Assembly: GCF_006345805.1 (NCBI RefSeq)
Contig: NW_021834194.1
Location: 1-64,000 of the forward strand
Source of the DNA: Octopus sinensis
Lineage: Eukaryota
Direction of reading: 5' to 3'
Length of the DNA: 64,000 nucleotides
Shown one piece after another: positions 26,781 through 40,239 of the stretch. The translations under genes and the position numbers were made by a program. The notes beneath the pieces are model-generated. The model was not told the DNA's origin. It saw only the letters and a list, made by a program, of their open reading frames with translations, and made no database searches. The stretch's first letter is position 1, and each line of letters starts with the position of its first letter.

Positions 26781-27102
26781 TTATGTCCACCGTTCCTTTC
26801 CAATACACTTACCCTTTCCTGCCCACCATTCCCATACGTTTTCATACCATGTCGGCTTGTAATAATCGGCAGCGTGTAGCATCGCACAAACACGACACCA
26901 AAATTTGGTATCAATAAATTCTCCTGTTCCTTTCCATTTGAAATACTCATTATAAAGAGTATCATTTTTATCAAGTTCATGCAGATAATCTGCCAATTCT
27001 TTTGGGGATTTGAAATCCTCGTAGTGGATGTACGAATTCTCGGGTGCTACTTCACGATACTCATCAGGATGGGCACCCATTACAATTGGAATAGCATTAT
27101 AT
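26781..27102 (-). CDS. Alpha-1,3-fucosyltransferase, coding exon 2 (C-terminus)
   Basis: The acceptor TTCTTTTGTCTATTGCAG| at 27103 is phase-compatible with exon 1 (AT|A = Ile), giving NGLIYNAIPIVMGAHP...SYIHYEDFKSPKELADYL...YNEYFKWK...CRVCAMLH...stop. The joined CDS is 421 aa with no disablements. Confidence 0.92.
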
Positions 27103-27495
27103 CTGCAATAGACAAAAGAAAAGAAAAAACGAAAATACAGCTGCCATAAACAATATTGGAATGAGAAATAATGATTCATGCGAGCAAATTATATATAAAT
27201 CATATATAACGATATCATATAAAGTATCTATCTATCTACATATATATATACTTTATTTAAAAGCAGCAGAAATTTAACAAAACCTGTTACTCGGAGTTTC
27301 ACGTTCTCTCCGAGTAACAGGTTTTGGTGAATTGCTGCTGCTTTTAAATAAAGCATAATACTCTACCCCTGGTATTTGAGTACTCTTTTTTTCCACCTTG
27401 TTTCACATTTATGTGTTTACTCCGGTACATATATATATATACATACACATATATATATATATATATATTATAATATATATATATATATATATATA

Positions 27496-27529
<34 letters not shown>

Positions 27530-27559
27530 TATATAAATATATATATATATATTATATAT

Positions 27560-27692
<133 letters not shown>

Positions 27693-27721
27693 AATATATA
27701 TATATATATTATAATATATAT

Positions 27722-27764
<43 letters not shown>

Positions 27765-27766
27765 AT

Positions 27767-27809
<43 letters not shown>

Positions 27810-27813
<4 letters not shown>

Positions 27814-28940
27814 AAACAAGTCAAGATAGAAAATGCTAAAATAATTTTATAAAGAACATTTCAGTCCCGGTTTCGGTCATTCGAGACCTTTTCAACTGTA
27901 ACGATTAAATAATTAAATTTAGAAAAATTAAAAGAAAAGTTTTTTTAAAGGAATTTTTGTATAGTGTTCAAATATAAGTGGCATTCTGCCTTTCTCTGTC
28001 TCCCTTGTTTGCATTTGTGTGTTCGTGAATTCTTGGTAGGGTAGAAGAAGAAGAAGGTTGATGAGGAGAGGGGATGGAAAAATTTCGGAGTGCCTTGATG
28101 GTCGTATTTTGAATGGTCAGTGACGGCTAGCAGTTGCAGTTCAATTCAGGAGAATATTTCTATTGAAAGGTTTGTTTATGGAATTTGCGTAGGTGTTATA
28201 CTAAAAAGCATTAGTGATAAAGTTAAGAGGTAGAAGGTGGAGTAGAAGAAGAAGAAGAAGAAGAAGAAGAAGAAGAAGAAGATGAAGAAGAAGATGACGA
28301 TGTTGATGATGATGATGATGAAGAAGAAGAAGAAGAAGAAGGAGAAGGAGAAGATGATGATGATGGTGATGATGATGACGACGATCATTACCATCATCAT
28401 CATCTTCTTCTCCTTCTCCTTTTTCTTCTTCTTCTTCTTCTTCTTCTTCTTCTCCTTCTTCTTCTTCTCCTTCTTCTTCTTCTTCTTCTTCTTCTTCTTC
28501 TTCTACTCCACCTTCTACCTCTTAACTTTATCACTAATGCTTTTTAGTATAACACCTACGCAAATTCCATAAACAAACCTTTCAATAGAAATATTCTCCT
28601 GAATTGAACTGCAACTGCTAGCCGTCACTGACCATTCAAAATACGACCATCAAGGCACTCCCAAATCTTTCCACCCCCTCTCCTCATCAACCTTCTTCTT
28701 CTACCCTACCAAGAATTCACGAACACACAAATGCAAACAAGGGAGACAGAGAAAGGCAGAATGCCACTTATATTTGAACACTATACAAAAATTCCTTTAA
28801 AAAAACTTTTCTTTTAATTTTTCTAAATTTAATTATTTAATCGTTACAGTTGAAAAGGTCTCGAAATGACCGAAACCGGGACTGAAATGTTCTTTATAAA
28901 ATTATTTTAGCATTTTCTATCTTGACTTGTTTTTTCATAT
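27810..28940. repeat. ~1.1-kb near-perfect palindrome (arms ~560 bp, ~10-nt spacer at 28374-28383) inside the FucT intron
   Basis: GAAAAAACAAGTCAAGATAG... is inverted as ...CTATCTTGACTTGTTTTTTC. A (GAA)n/(TTC)n core surrounds the centre. Confidence 0.93.
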
Positions 28941-28987
28941 ATATCAACTCGTGTGTTCCTTTTCACCCTTATACATATATATATATA

Positions 28988-29083
<96 letters not shown>

Positions 29084-29689
29084 GAGGCGCAATGACCCAG
29101 TGGTTAGGGCAGCGGACTCGCGGTCGGAGGATCGCGGTTTCGATTCCAAGGCCGGGTGTTGTGAGTGTTTATTGAGCGAAAACACATAAAAGCTCCACGA
29201 GGCTCCGTCAGGGACTGGTGATCCCTGCTGTACTCTTTCACCACTCTTTCTTCTGTTGGCATGCCCGCTTAGCCAGCGGGGTGGCGCCATTCAAAGGCTA
29301 AAACAATGCGAAGCGCATTGTGACCAGCGATGTGTAAAACATTTGATGTATATATATATATATAAAACTGAGAATGTCTGACTCCCTGTTTGAAATGGTT
29401 TGATTAAGCAAAGTATGAACTGTGAACATATTTACATCTCTGCCGTTGATCAAGAAGATTATTTATGCATCGTTGATAAAAAAATATTGGCTTTGATGTT
29501 AAGAAATCTTTGAAAACTGATTCCACCTCTGGTTTGGACCTGAAAGTTTTATCACTTAAAAACCTATTTGAATGATTAAAAAAAAATGGTAGTCAGTGGG
29601 TGAAAGATGAGGAGAATATGGAAGATGCAGTAAAGTCTCGTTTCCCAAGTCTGCGAGTTTTTGCAGCATCATTCCTGCAACATGTGGCT

Positions 29690-29895
29690 TTGCATTATCT
29701 TTCATGGAGCAGAATTGGGCCATGCCGATTCACCAATGCAGGTCTCATTTTTTTGCAAGTGAGCATGAATTTCAGCGAGTTGATTGCAGTAAACCTCTGC
29801 TGTAAAGCTCTGACTGGCTTCCAGAAAGCTGTAATGGACAACACCAATTGCAGACCAAAAGACAGTCACCATAATCTTTTGCTGATGCAAATTGG
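29690..29895 (-). mobile_element. Mariner transposase fragment
   Basis: KIMVTVFWSAIGVVHYSFLE...AEVYCNQL. Confidence 0.8.
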
Positions 29896-30808
29896 ACCTC
29901 GGCGGAATTTGAACCCAGAGCGTAACAGCAGACGAAACACCGCAAAGCATTTCGCCCAGCGTGCTAACGTTTCTGCCAGCTCGCCGACTTGATAAGGAAG
30001 ACCATATCGACCAGCTGCCCGACATAATTGATATTCCGAATGGCCCTCAACGATCAGTGTTAGTGGAAATGTTGCTTAAAAAAGTTGGTCAACTGTAGCA
30101 TGTTTCTCTTGCTATGACTTCAAGTGGCATTGCAGTCACGCTTTGAAGTTGTCAACAGTCGGTGCCACCGACATGTCCAGGATGAGGGCTGGACGATGAA
30201 ACCGTCCAGCACGCTTTTGTACAATGTCGGGAGCTGTCAAGATTGATAATTTACGTACAACACGTGTTGTCGCATCTGGGGAGAGTACGGCCATCGGCTG
30301 AGTCTATAATAAAGATTGCACCCCCAACTGGACTCTCGAAGGAAGGTGAGGCATGTTTTCTCTGTACACTTGCAGTGTTGAAAGAGTGTTTATGAAGGAC
30401 AAGAATGCAAGGATTCGTGGTGAGATCCTTCATCTCTGGCCCTGGTTTGCTACTTTACTTCAGATACCATCTGAAGAGCAAGATAGGGCTGGAAAGAAGA
30501 ATCCTGTCATGAAGTGTGTTCGAGAAATGATGGGAGGCTGTGATGAAAAAGGTGGGCGCTAGAAACCCAACTTAATCAACATTGGAAAAAGAAAGGATTG
30601 CTGCTGAGACTTTCAGGCTGCCAAGCATACCCTTTCTTTGAAATAAAAAAGGTCAACATATATTGTATATAAATGTCCTCTATATATAAATTAATATGTT
30701 CAATAAGAAAGAATTATTTTCGAAATTTTTTCTCTTATGAGGTCTTTCACGCTATCTACCTGATAATTTCTTGTTAAGTTTTCCTTATTAAGAAGTTGTC
30801 CTTAATTG

Positions 30809-30888
<80 letters not shown>

Positions 30889-31169
30889 CCCTATATATAT
30901 ATATTTTTTTTTTACCATTAAATTTTTAAATGTAAGGTTCATTCGAACTCCTAGTAACATTTTTTTGTTTGTATTGTCCTGCTAATGTCCCTTCTGTATT
31001 CGATATATTTTATCGCAATAAAGAATTCAGCTAGCAAGCCAGGCTATTCTGAGGCAATCTTCAAACTTGCTTATGTGATTTGGAGCATCCGGTGGGCAAT
31101 ATGTATTGCATATGACTATATTATGTTGTCTTATGTATACAATTAAAGTGTCACATACCGAGATCATGG

Positions 31170-32362
31170 TATGATATGCCACAAACTGCGTGACCTTGGC
31201 ATAGCTGGAAAACTTGGAGTGTGGTTACATGAATTCCTGAAAGATAGGAGTCAGGCAGTAGTGGTTAATGGAGCCACCTCTATGAACACACAAATAGTGA
31301 GCGGTGTTCCACAGGGCACTGTCTTGGGACCACTGCTTTTTGTAGTGGCCCTCTCAGATATGCCTTCAAATGCCCGGATAGCCACTCTGGCAAGCTATGC
31401 AGACAATACGAAAGTCTCGCAGAAAATACAGAACCCCAGCGATGTTGCACACCTGCAGCAGGAGTTGGACTCAATCTACAGATGGGCTGAGGATAATAAT
31501 ACGCAGTTTAATGCTGAAAAATTCCAGGCCCTGCGCTACCAGCATCCAACACTGAATATTAAACTTTTAGGGTACACCGGTCCACAGGGAATTTCAATCC
31601 CAGAGCCTAAGTCTGTGAGGGACCTGGGTATCGACATGAGTGATGATACCTCTTTCCAAGTGCACATTACCAGGATGGCGACAAAGTGCAGACGACTGGC
31701 TTGATGGATCCTAAGAACATTAAGAACCAGAGATAAGGAAGCCATGATGGTCCTCTGGCGAACATTCGTCCTCAGTCTCCTGGATTACTGCTCACAGCTA
31801 TGGTCACCCACCAGTGTGAAATTAACATCGGACCTTGAAGCAATCCAGAGAAGATTCACAAAGAAGATCGTCTCTTTGCAACAGCTCAGCTACTGGGAAA
31901 GGTTGAAACAGCTAAGACTCTACTCCCTGGAGAGAAGACGGGAGAGGTATGCAGTAATATATATCTGGAAGATCCTGGAAGGAATTGTGCCAAATTTTGA
32001 CATTGTAAGCTACACCAATGCTAAAACGGGACGACACTGCATAGTGCCAAAATCCCAGCAATGCCATCACGCTTCAGAACCACCTACTGCAGCCGCCTGG
32101 GTTTCAAGGGCCCACAGCTTTTTAATATTCTCCCAAAGAGTCTGAGGAACTTGCACAAAGTAGATGTAGCGGTTTTTAAATCAAAGCTGAACATCTTCCT
32201 GTCAAGAGTCCCAGATGAACCTACCTCACGGCAAGAGGTGCAAATGAGGGTAGCTATATCAAACTCCATTCTTCACCACATATTAGAGGAGGCGCTTAGT
32301 AATAACAGTGAGCACAAAACGGCGGTGCATCAGCATGGCCACAGCTCTGAGCTGAAACGAGA
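31170..32362 (+). mobile_element. CR1-like LINE RT and 3' tail (5' truncated, degenerate)
   Basis: GVPQGTVLGPLLF, YADNTK and YWERLKQLRLYSLERRRERY, with tail GGCGGTGCATCAGCATGGCCACAGCTCTGAGCTGAAAC. Confidence 0.92.
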
Positions 32363-32722
32363 AAAACGAAATATATATAGTTATATATATATATATATAT
32401 AGTCATATATAGTCACATATATATATGTATATTTATATATACATACATATATAGTTATATACATATACATCTATACATACACATATATATATATATATTA
32501 TATATACACATATATTATATATATATATATATATATTACGGAGATGTACTTGCGTAGCAAGTGATTTGATCTGAGATTGTGTGATGAAACGAAAAGAATT
32601 GCAGCGTGGAAGGTGTTTGTAAGCCATTTAAGAAACGCACAAAAGCCGTTCGATTCACTTCAATATTTAAGTTTAATTTGTCAAAATATTTTCCTCGCTT
32701 TAAGACCGCGACTTGTTCACTG

Positions 32723-32787
<65 letters not shown>

Positions 32788-32872
32788 TTCGAGAAAAAAC
32801 CACTATTTTGCAAAACAAACAAGGAAAGACTTAATCAATACATAAAAATTTTTAACATAAAGAATTAAACCG

Positions 32873-32915
32873 CCACTACAATCATTTCGTGTCTTCAATG
32901 ACATTCGTCAGGTGG
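32873..32915 (-). ncRNA. Minimal type I hammerhead-like motif (decayed)
   Basis: CCAC-CTGACGA-ATGTC-ATTGAA-GACAC-GAAAT-GATT-GTA^GTGG. It has the canonical CUGANGA/GAAA core and stem I CCAC/GTGG. Confidence 0.55.
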
Positions 32916-34231
32916 ATTTTCGATCTAAAATATCAATATATTAAAATATAAGTTTAAAATAATAAAATTATCAATGAAAAATATAAATATATATAATCTA
33001 TATATAATCTATATATAATCAATATATAATCTAAAATAAACCCTATAAACAATTGAATATAAAGAAACCTATTATTAAAGTTCTCGTATTTAAAGATGTA
33101 CAAAAAACAAAAAACAAGAAACAAAAAAACAAAAACAAAAAACAAAAAACAAAAACAAGAACAAAATAAAAATAAACTATATATACACCCATGCTCATAC
33201 ACATATAACTAAGTATATATAACCATATCTAAATACATACACTAACTCACACACCAATATATATATATATCTATACATACACATAAAAACGTCTAGGCAA
33301 CGATAAATTAATAAATTAATAAAATAGCCAAATACTTCAACACATTACTTATTCATACTCCCTCACACACACATACAACCCACAGTCATAAACAATATAC
33401 ATATACCCGCTCACACATACATATACATACATACAGAACTCGATATATACACCAATATATTCACACCCACACCCATACAGATAAATAAATTACGCAAACA
33501 ATCACACACACACACACATTCACACATACATAAACACTCAAAAGAAAAATAAACAATTCTTTGCGCGTGGCGATCGAACGTTTTTTTAAAAATTATGAAT
33601 GGAAAGAATGGAATAATATTTAATCAACGTAAATATACAGAATTTACTCCAAAATCATTAATAAACCAATCATGATAATGAAACCCATATATACATATAA
33701 TGATAAAACACCCTTTACCATACACAATAATACCTATATAGCAATCCCCATAATACATTCACACACAAAAATACACATACGTAAAACACACACCCATAAC
33801 ATATACATATACCCCCTCACATATACATATACATACTCGATATATACAACAATATATTCACACCCACACCCATATAGATAAATAAATTACACAACCAAAT
33901 ACGCACACACACACACACACATTCACACATACATAAACACTCAAAAGAAAAACAACATATCTACACACAAAACGATGTATAAAATACTCCATAAATAACC
34001 AGATTATCATAAGTAACAAGATTAACATAAGGAGAAAAAAATACATACCTCCTAATCTGTTTTAATTTATGAAGTGAATTCAAACTCTAGCCGTTATAAC
34101 TTTAAACAAAATTACGTTACCATAGAAACCGACATATACATATATATTATATATATATACATATATATACACATATAAATATATACATATATATATATAC
34201 ATATTATATATACATATATATATATAATATA

Positions 34232-34279
<48 letters not shown>

Positions 34280-34765
34280 TTATACATATATATATATATA
34301 TATATACATTACATATACATATATACATATAATATATACACGTATAAATATCTATACATATATATATACATATAAATATATACATATAGATATACATATA
34401 CATATATATACATATATACACATATATATTATATATATATGTATAGAAATTAAATATAAAATATAAATTACAAAGTGGAACAAGAACGCAAAAACACAGA
34501 AAGAGACGACGCAAAAAAAAACAGACGGGTCACTCGAAGCCTCTAATCTTCAGTCGGAACCGGATCATCTTAGCAATTTCGGCTGTTTAATCTCGATATC
34601 ACTCCGAACCGGCCAGCCCCAATGAAAAACTAAGCCACAGGCATTAGATTTCTTGGAAAGAGGATCGAATGTACACGACACAAAGACAGGGTGCCACGCT
34701 ACTATACATACAAGAAACAAAAAATAGAAATTAAAAACAAGAATGGTAAGCAGGACAAAAAACAG

Positions 34766-35100
34766 CCCCGACTGGCCTCATGCCGGTGGCACGTAAAAAG
34801 CACCATCCGTTCGTGGCCGTTGCCAGCATCGCCCCGACTGGCCTCCGTGCCGGTGGCACGTAAAGAGCACCATCCAATCGTGGCCGATTGCCAGCCACGT
34901 CTGGCACCTGTGCCGGAGGCATGTAAAAAGCACGCACTACACTCACGGAGTGGTTGGCGTTAGGAAGGGCATCGAGCTGTAGAAACATTGCCAGATCAGA
35001 CTGGGCCCGGTGGAGCCTTCTGGCTTCCCAGACCCCAGTTGAACCGTCCAACCCATGCCAGCATGGAAAGCGGACGCTAAACGATGATGATGATGATGAA
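34766..35100 (+). mobile_element. SINE/LINE 3' part ending in (GAT)n
   Basis: GGCGTTAGGAAGGGCATC...CCAACCCATGCCAGCATGGAAAGCGGACGCTAAACGATGATG. Related decayed copies lie near 44790, 45820, 47310 and 54860. Confidence 0.7.
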
Positions 35101-35109
35101 TTAGCCAAA

Positions 35110-35380
35110 AAACATTTTATCATTAATTAAAATCTTAGGGTAGCAAGAATATTCATAGAAAAATTTTTAGTTACCTGTGGTCTAGCAAGAAAGAAAAAGT
35201 TAGTCAATAGACTATATATTATTCAAAGAAGAATACAGTGTTTTGTGTTTGAACGTACACTGTATTCTTCTTTGAATAATATATAGTCTATTGACTAATT
35301 TTTTCTTCCTCACTGGTAACTAAGAATTTTTCTATGAATATTCTTGCTACCCTAAGATATTAATTAATGATAAAATGTTT
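35110..35380. mobile_element. MITE-like hairpin (~125-bp arms, 15-bp spacer)
   Basis: AAACATTTTATCATTAATT...CAGTGT is inverted as ACACTG...AATTAATGATAAAATGTTT. Confidence 0.75.
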
Positions 35381-36101
35381 ATATATATGTATAGATAGAT
35401 AGATAGATAGATAGATATAGATATAAATGTATACATTCTGAGTTCAAATTCCGCTGAGGTTGACATTGCCGTTCATCCTTTTGGGGTAGATAAATTAAGT
35501 ACCAGTTGTGTACTGAGCTCAATCTAATCGACTGGCCCCATTCCCCAAAATTTCGGTCCTTGTTCCTAGAGTAGAAATCAATATATCAATTTTCTTAGCC
35601 GTCTTTTAGTTGTTGTATGCTTGATGTTTAACAAGATTACAATTCCCGCAGCTAATCTTCACTGTAACTTCTATACACAATGATTATTTTAATTAAATAG
35701 AAAACGGAAAAAACTAAAGCGTAATAATGACTTGGGCATCATATAAATTAAAGGAGGAAATACTTGAGCGTTCATGCAGTTTTCTCTCTTTCCCTCCATC
35801 TCTCTCTCCCCCTCTCTCTCTCTGTCTTTTCTCTTTCTCTCTCACACACTCCGTAAAGTTTGTGAAGGAGAGTCACATACAAATTGAGAATTATACCAGA
35901 GTAACGGGCTACCCTCATTGTTGTACGTACATGCTAAATCACACTCACAAAGCGTACACACATCGTTGCTAGAGTTTCATTGAAATAACATTAACTATAG
36001 GGAATTAACCAACTCTGAAGAAAGAGAGCCATTCGAAAAGCACTACTTAATCTCATTAATTCAAATACAAAGACACATAGATTCAAAATTCAAGTACTTA
36101 C

Positions 36102-37045
36102 ATCAAACCATTAATGAAGAATTTTTCAGTAATATAATCTCTACAATTGGAATTTTCGAATGCCAAATAAAATTTGTATTCCTTTTTTAATATCTCAAAG
36201 CAACTATATTTATCCTCTCTTTTGCAAACTTTTGTACCACATCTACCGTAAATATCCACCTGGATATATTTTCCGAGCTCCTTAGCATAACCCATTCGAT
36301 TGTTGCTTGGACGACAGTTCGATACGAACCAAGCAACCTTCTTTGTTTTTCCCGTTGCATAATTTTGAACTTGTACTTTTTGTCTTACTGACTTGTTAAA
36401 ATATCGAAATTTTCCGTAAGGATATACAATCGTACTGTCCTGCCGATAATTAATCGTCCAGTTGATTTTATTTCCCAGGTGTTTCACTGATGGGTTGAAA
36501 AAAGGACACTCTTGTGTCATATAAATCCATATTTGGTTCGTGTGGTTTGGTTTCTGTGATAGTCCCACTGTCTCATAAAAGAAAATAGCATCTACACTAT
36601 TTTGCATTGCTTTGTTGTTTGTGACTAAACATTCATTAACTGGACATTTATATTCCAGGAAACTCGTTTGATTTTCCTTCAATGGTTGCAGATATCTTAA
36701 ACTGTATATTAACAACGTTTTAAACTTTGGTCTAATTGGCTTTAACTTTACATTTCGATCAGAATCTGATTGATTTTGGTGCGTATTCCGTTTATAATTT
36801 TCCCATCTTTCCTCTCCTGGTAGGACATATTTCATTTGAGCTTCGATACGATCGTTTTCAGGCTGATTACCTGGAAACAATCGAGAGGTATTCCTTCTGT
36901 AGGAAACATACTGCTTAGTTGTTGGAGTCCAATTCCAAATGTTTTGTAGGTTCTTGAGATTATATTCAAGTTGAGAAATATAAAAACAAATGCATATTAC
37001 CATGAATATGACAAGGGCGTAAAATATCTTGCGGTAGGTGTCCAT
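36102..37045 (-). CDS. Alpha-1,3-fucosyltransferase (GT10, FucTA-like), coding exon 1
   Basis: The ORF has an N-terminal type II TM segment (IFYALVIFMVICICFYI), VAWFVSNC, DIYGRCG and the alpha-1,3-FucT motif YKFYLAFENSNCRDYITEKFF. It ends at a canonical donor AT|GTAAGT (36101-36096), phase 2. Confidence 0.93.
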
Positions 37046-37352
37046 TCCTTATTTTGTGTGATGTGAACAGTTTCAAGTAGTTATTCATGTAGCAGTAAGT
37101 ATTTCTTGAATGAGGCAGTGAACTAGTTAGATAAAAGGATTGATCAGTAACAAAGATTTATAAAATCCTAAAACAAACAATTGTTGTCTTTTTATCAGGA
37201 AAAACGGGCCAATAGACAGTTGACAAATTGTTAGATCAAGAGAAAAATATCAGCTAAAACACACCTTAATGCCTTCGATATTTTAATTAAGTAGCACAAT
37301 GATACACGCCTCGTGCACACACACACACATATGCAGGCACGCATATTAAAAA

Positions 37353-37672
37353 GACTCCGCCGGTTACGACGACGAGGGTCCCAGCTGATACGATCAACGG
37401 AACAGCTTGCTCGTGAAATTAACGTGCAAATGGCTGAGCATTCCACAGACACGTGTACCCTTAACGTAGTTCTCGGGGATAATCAGCGTGACACAGAGAG
37501 TGACAAGGCTGACCCTTTGAAATACAAGTACAACTCATTTTTGCCAGCTGAGTGGACTGGAGCAACGTGAAATAAAGTGTCTTGCTCAAGGACACAACGC
37601 GTCGCCGGGAATCGAACTCACAACCTTACGATCATGAGCCGAATGCCCTAACCACTAAGCCACGCGCCCTCA
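37353..37672 (-). mobile_element. tRNA-derived SINE (family D head, with the same 3' body as family C)
   Basis: The head is TGGCTTAGTGGTTAGGGC...GTTCGATTCC followed by GTGTCCTTGAGCAAGACACT. The 3' body matches 13700-13870. Confidence 0.8.
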
Positions 37673-37978
37673 CAGGCACGCATATACACACTCATACACA
37701 CACACACATACGCGTATCCCCCACACACATATGTATTTACATATATACATATATGATATGTAAATATGCATATGAGGGACACATGCGAACAAGTAGGGTA
37801 ACAGTTTTTGATAACATCCATTCACTTGCAAAATGTCTGAATATTTACTGTCAGGCTTATGGCGAGCATATGTGTGGAGGTGTATGCGTTATCCTTCCCA
37901 ATGGAACTCTCACCTATGAACAAGTCAACACATATTTGTATAGCACTATCAACCCTAGCTAAATCATATATTTATATA

Positions 37979-38052
<74 letters not shown>

Positions 38053-38211
38053 TATATATATATTTATATATATAATATATATATATATAATATATATATA
38101 TGTATATATATATTTATATATATAAATATATAATATATATATATATATATATGTATATATATTTATATATATAAATATAAAATATATTATATATATATGT
38201 ATATATATATG

Positions 38212-38249
<38 letters not shown>

Positions 38250-38291
38250 TATATATATATAATATATATATATTATATATATATGTATATA

Positions 38292-38333
<42 letters not shown>

Positions 38334-38339
<6 letters not shown>

Positions 38340-38596
38340 GAGGGATGACCTCTACGTGGACATTGATATGCTAGAAGTAGATCCGCTATGGTCTTACCAC
38401 TAAGAAAGCATTGTTCTCAAGAAAATCTTAGCAAACTCCAGAAAGTAAGCGACCAAGACAAACGAAAAGAATCAAAATTAATCACAAACAAGTTTGCTTA
38501 AATTTTCTTGAGAACATTCTTTTCTTAGTGGTAATATCATAGCGGATCTACTTCGAGCATATGGATGTCCACGTAGTGGTCATCCGTCTTATATGT
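38334..38596. mobile_element. Diverged MITE-like hairpin (~110-bp arms)
   Basis: ACATATGAGGGATGACCTCTACGTGGAC... is inverted as ...GTCCACGTAGTGGTCATCCGTCTTATATGT. Confidence 0.65.
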
Positions 38597-40239
38597 ATGT
38601 AATATAAATTTCCTGTATCTTCAGATTTTAATATGCTAGACCACTGGTTTTAAATTGATATTAATCAAATTAATATTCAATTTTTCACCCTTATGATTTT
38701 AAATTTATATATACTCTTTTACTTGTTTCAGTCATTTGACTGAGGCCATGCTGGAGCACTGCCTTTAGTCGAGCAAACTGACCCCAAGACTTATTCTTTG
38801 TAAGCGTAGAACTTATTCTATCTTACTCTTTTGCCGAACCGCTAAGTTATGGGGACGTAAACATACCACCATCGGTTGTCAAGCGATGTTGGGGGAACAC
38901 AGACACACAAACATACACACACACATACATATATATACATATATACGACAGGCTTCTTTCAGTTTCCGTCTGCCAAATCCACTCACAAGGCTTTGGTCGA
39001 CCCGAGGCTATAGAAGAAGACACATGCCCAAGGTGCCACGCAGTGGGACTGAACCCGGAACCATGTGGTTCGTAAGCAAGCTACTTTATTTCAAAAATTT
39101 TGCCATAATGGCATGACACAGAGTAGCTTGCGGGCTTGACAAAGACATTGATGAGATGAATGATGGAAAGGATGATATTAATGGGAGAAGACAAAAAACC
39201 TCCGCCGATTTTTTGCTTCTCTAAAACATTATTCTCTTCTTTTCTTCACAGAAAAAAGACAAAACGAGGTAATGAACCTCTTACTTCAGTTTTACAATTA
39301 TTGGACGAATGGTCCATTTAAGAATTGGGGCGTTAAGCCTCTAAAACACAATAACAGGCAATAAACACTAAACATTATACAATAAACATAACACTGAGGA
39401 TTTTCAACCTCTTGTCACTATTCCTCCCCAACATCGCTTGTGTCCGTATACTCTGCCATCACCCTCATCTCACTCAAGACCAAGGCGGGATCCGAGCCGG
39501 CGTCGCCTGGCCACAAGCGACATATCTCATTGAGTCCCTGCAGCCTATACATCACGGGCAACGTTATGACCTCCACAACTATCTGCAGAGGCCATTCGGG
39601 ATCCTGTGTCAAGATTAAAGGTACTCCCTTATAGTGCTTTTCCACCACCTCTTCTACCTCACCACCTCTGTAGAAGAAGACCAATAGTTCATCTTCCAAT
39701 GGGTTCGAAGTAGTCAATTCTACCGTTGGTGACACATCAGGTCCTGACCTGCAAGACATTCCATTATAAAGCTGTCAACAATCCCTCCCTTAAGATAGAA
39801 TACTTTCACAGGGAGGGTCCACATCTTCCTCTGTCGTTGGCACGATTCCCACCGAAGACGTCTCGGGACATGCTGTAGGCAGTACATTGCACACCTCCGC
39901 CACTGTCCGATTCCTTTTTTCTTTTTGCTTTTTATCTTTGGTGCGGGAGGGGTTGGCTCCTTCACCATAACCGCCATAACTTTATTTCATTATATTTGCC
40001 ATAAAGGCTGTACATAGTGTGTAGCTTTGCGGGCTGGACAAGAACATTAATGAAGTGAATGATAATGAAACGAAGATGATAAGAATGGGATAAGACAAAA
40101 AGCGCCGCCGACTTTTGGATCTCTAAAACATTGTTCTTCAGAAAAATACAAAATGAGGTATTAAACCTCTTACCACAGTTTTTACAATTTAAAACACATA
40201 ATTTAGCCAATTAAGTTCCTTCCTCCCCGACCAGGTTCT

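Noticed and set aside
30050-30560. Possible LINE C-terminal zinc-finger remnant
   Set aside because: No unambiguous motif was recovered in any frame.
36012-36045. CTGAAGAA...CGAAAA as a hammerhead
   Set aside because: No stem I or stem III and no GUH site.
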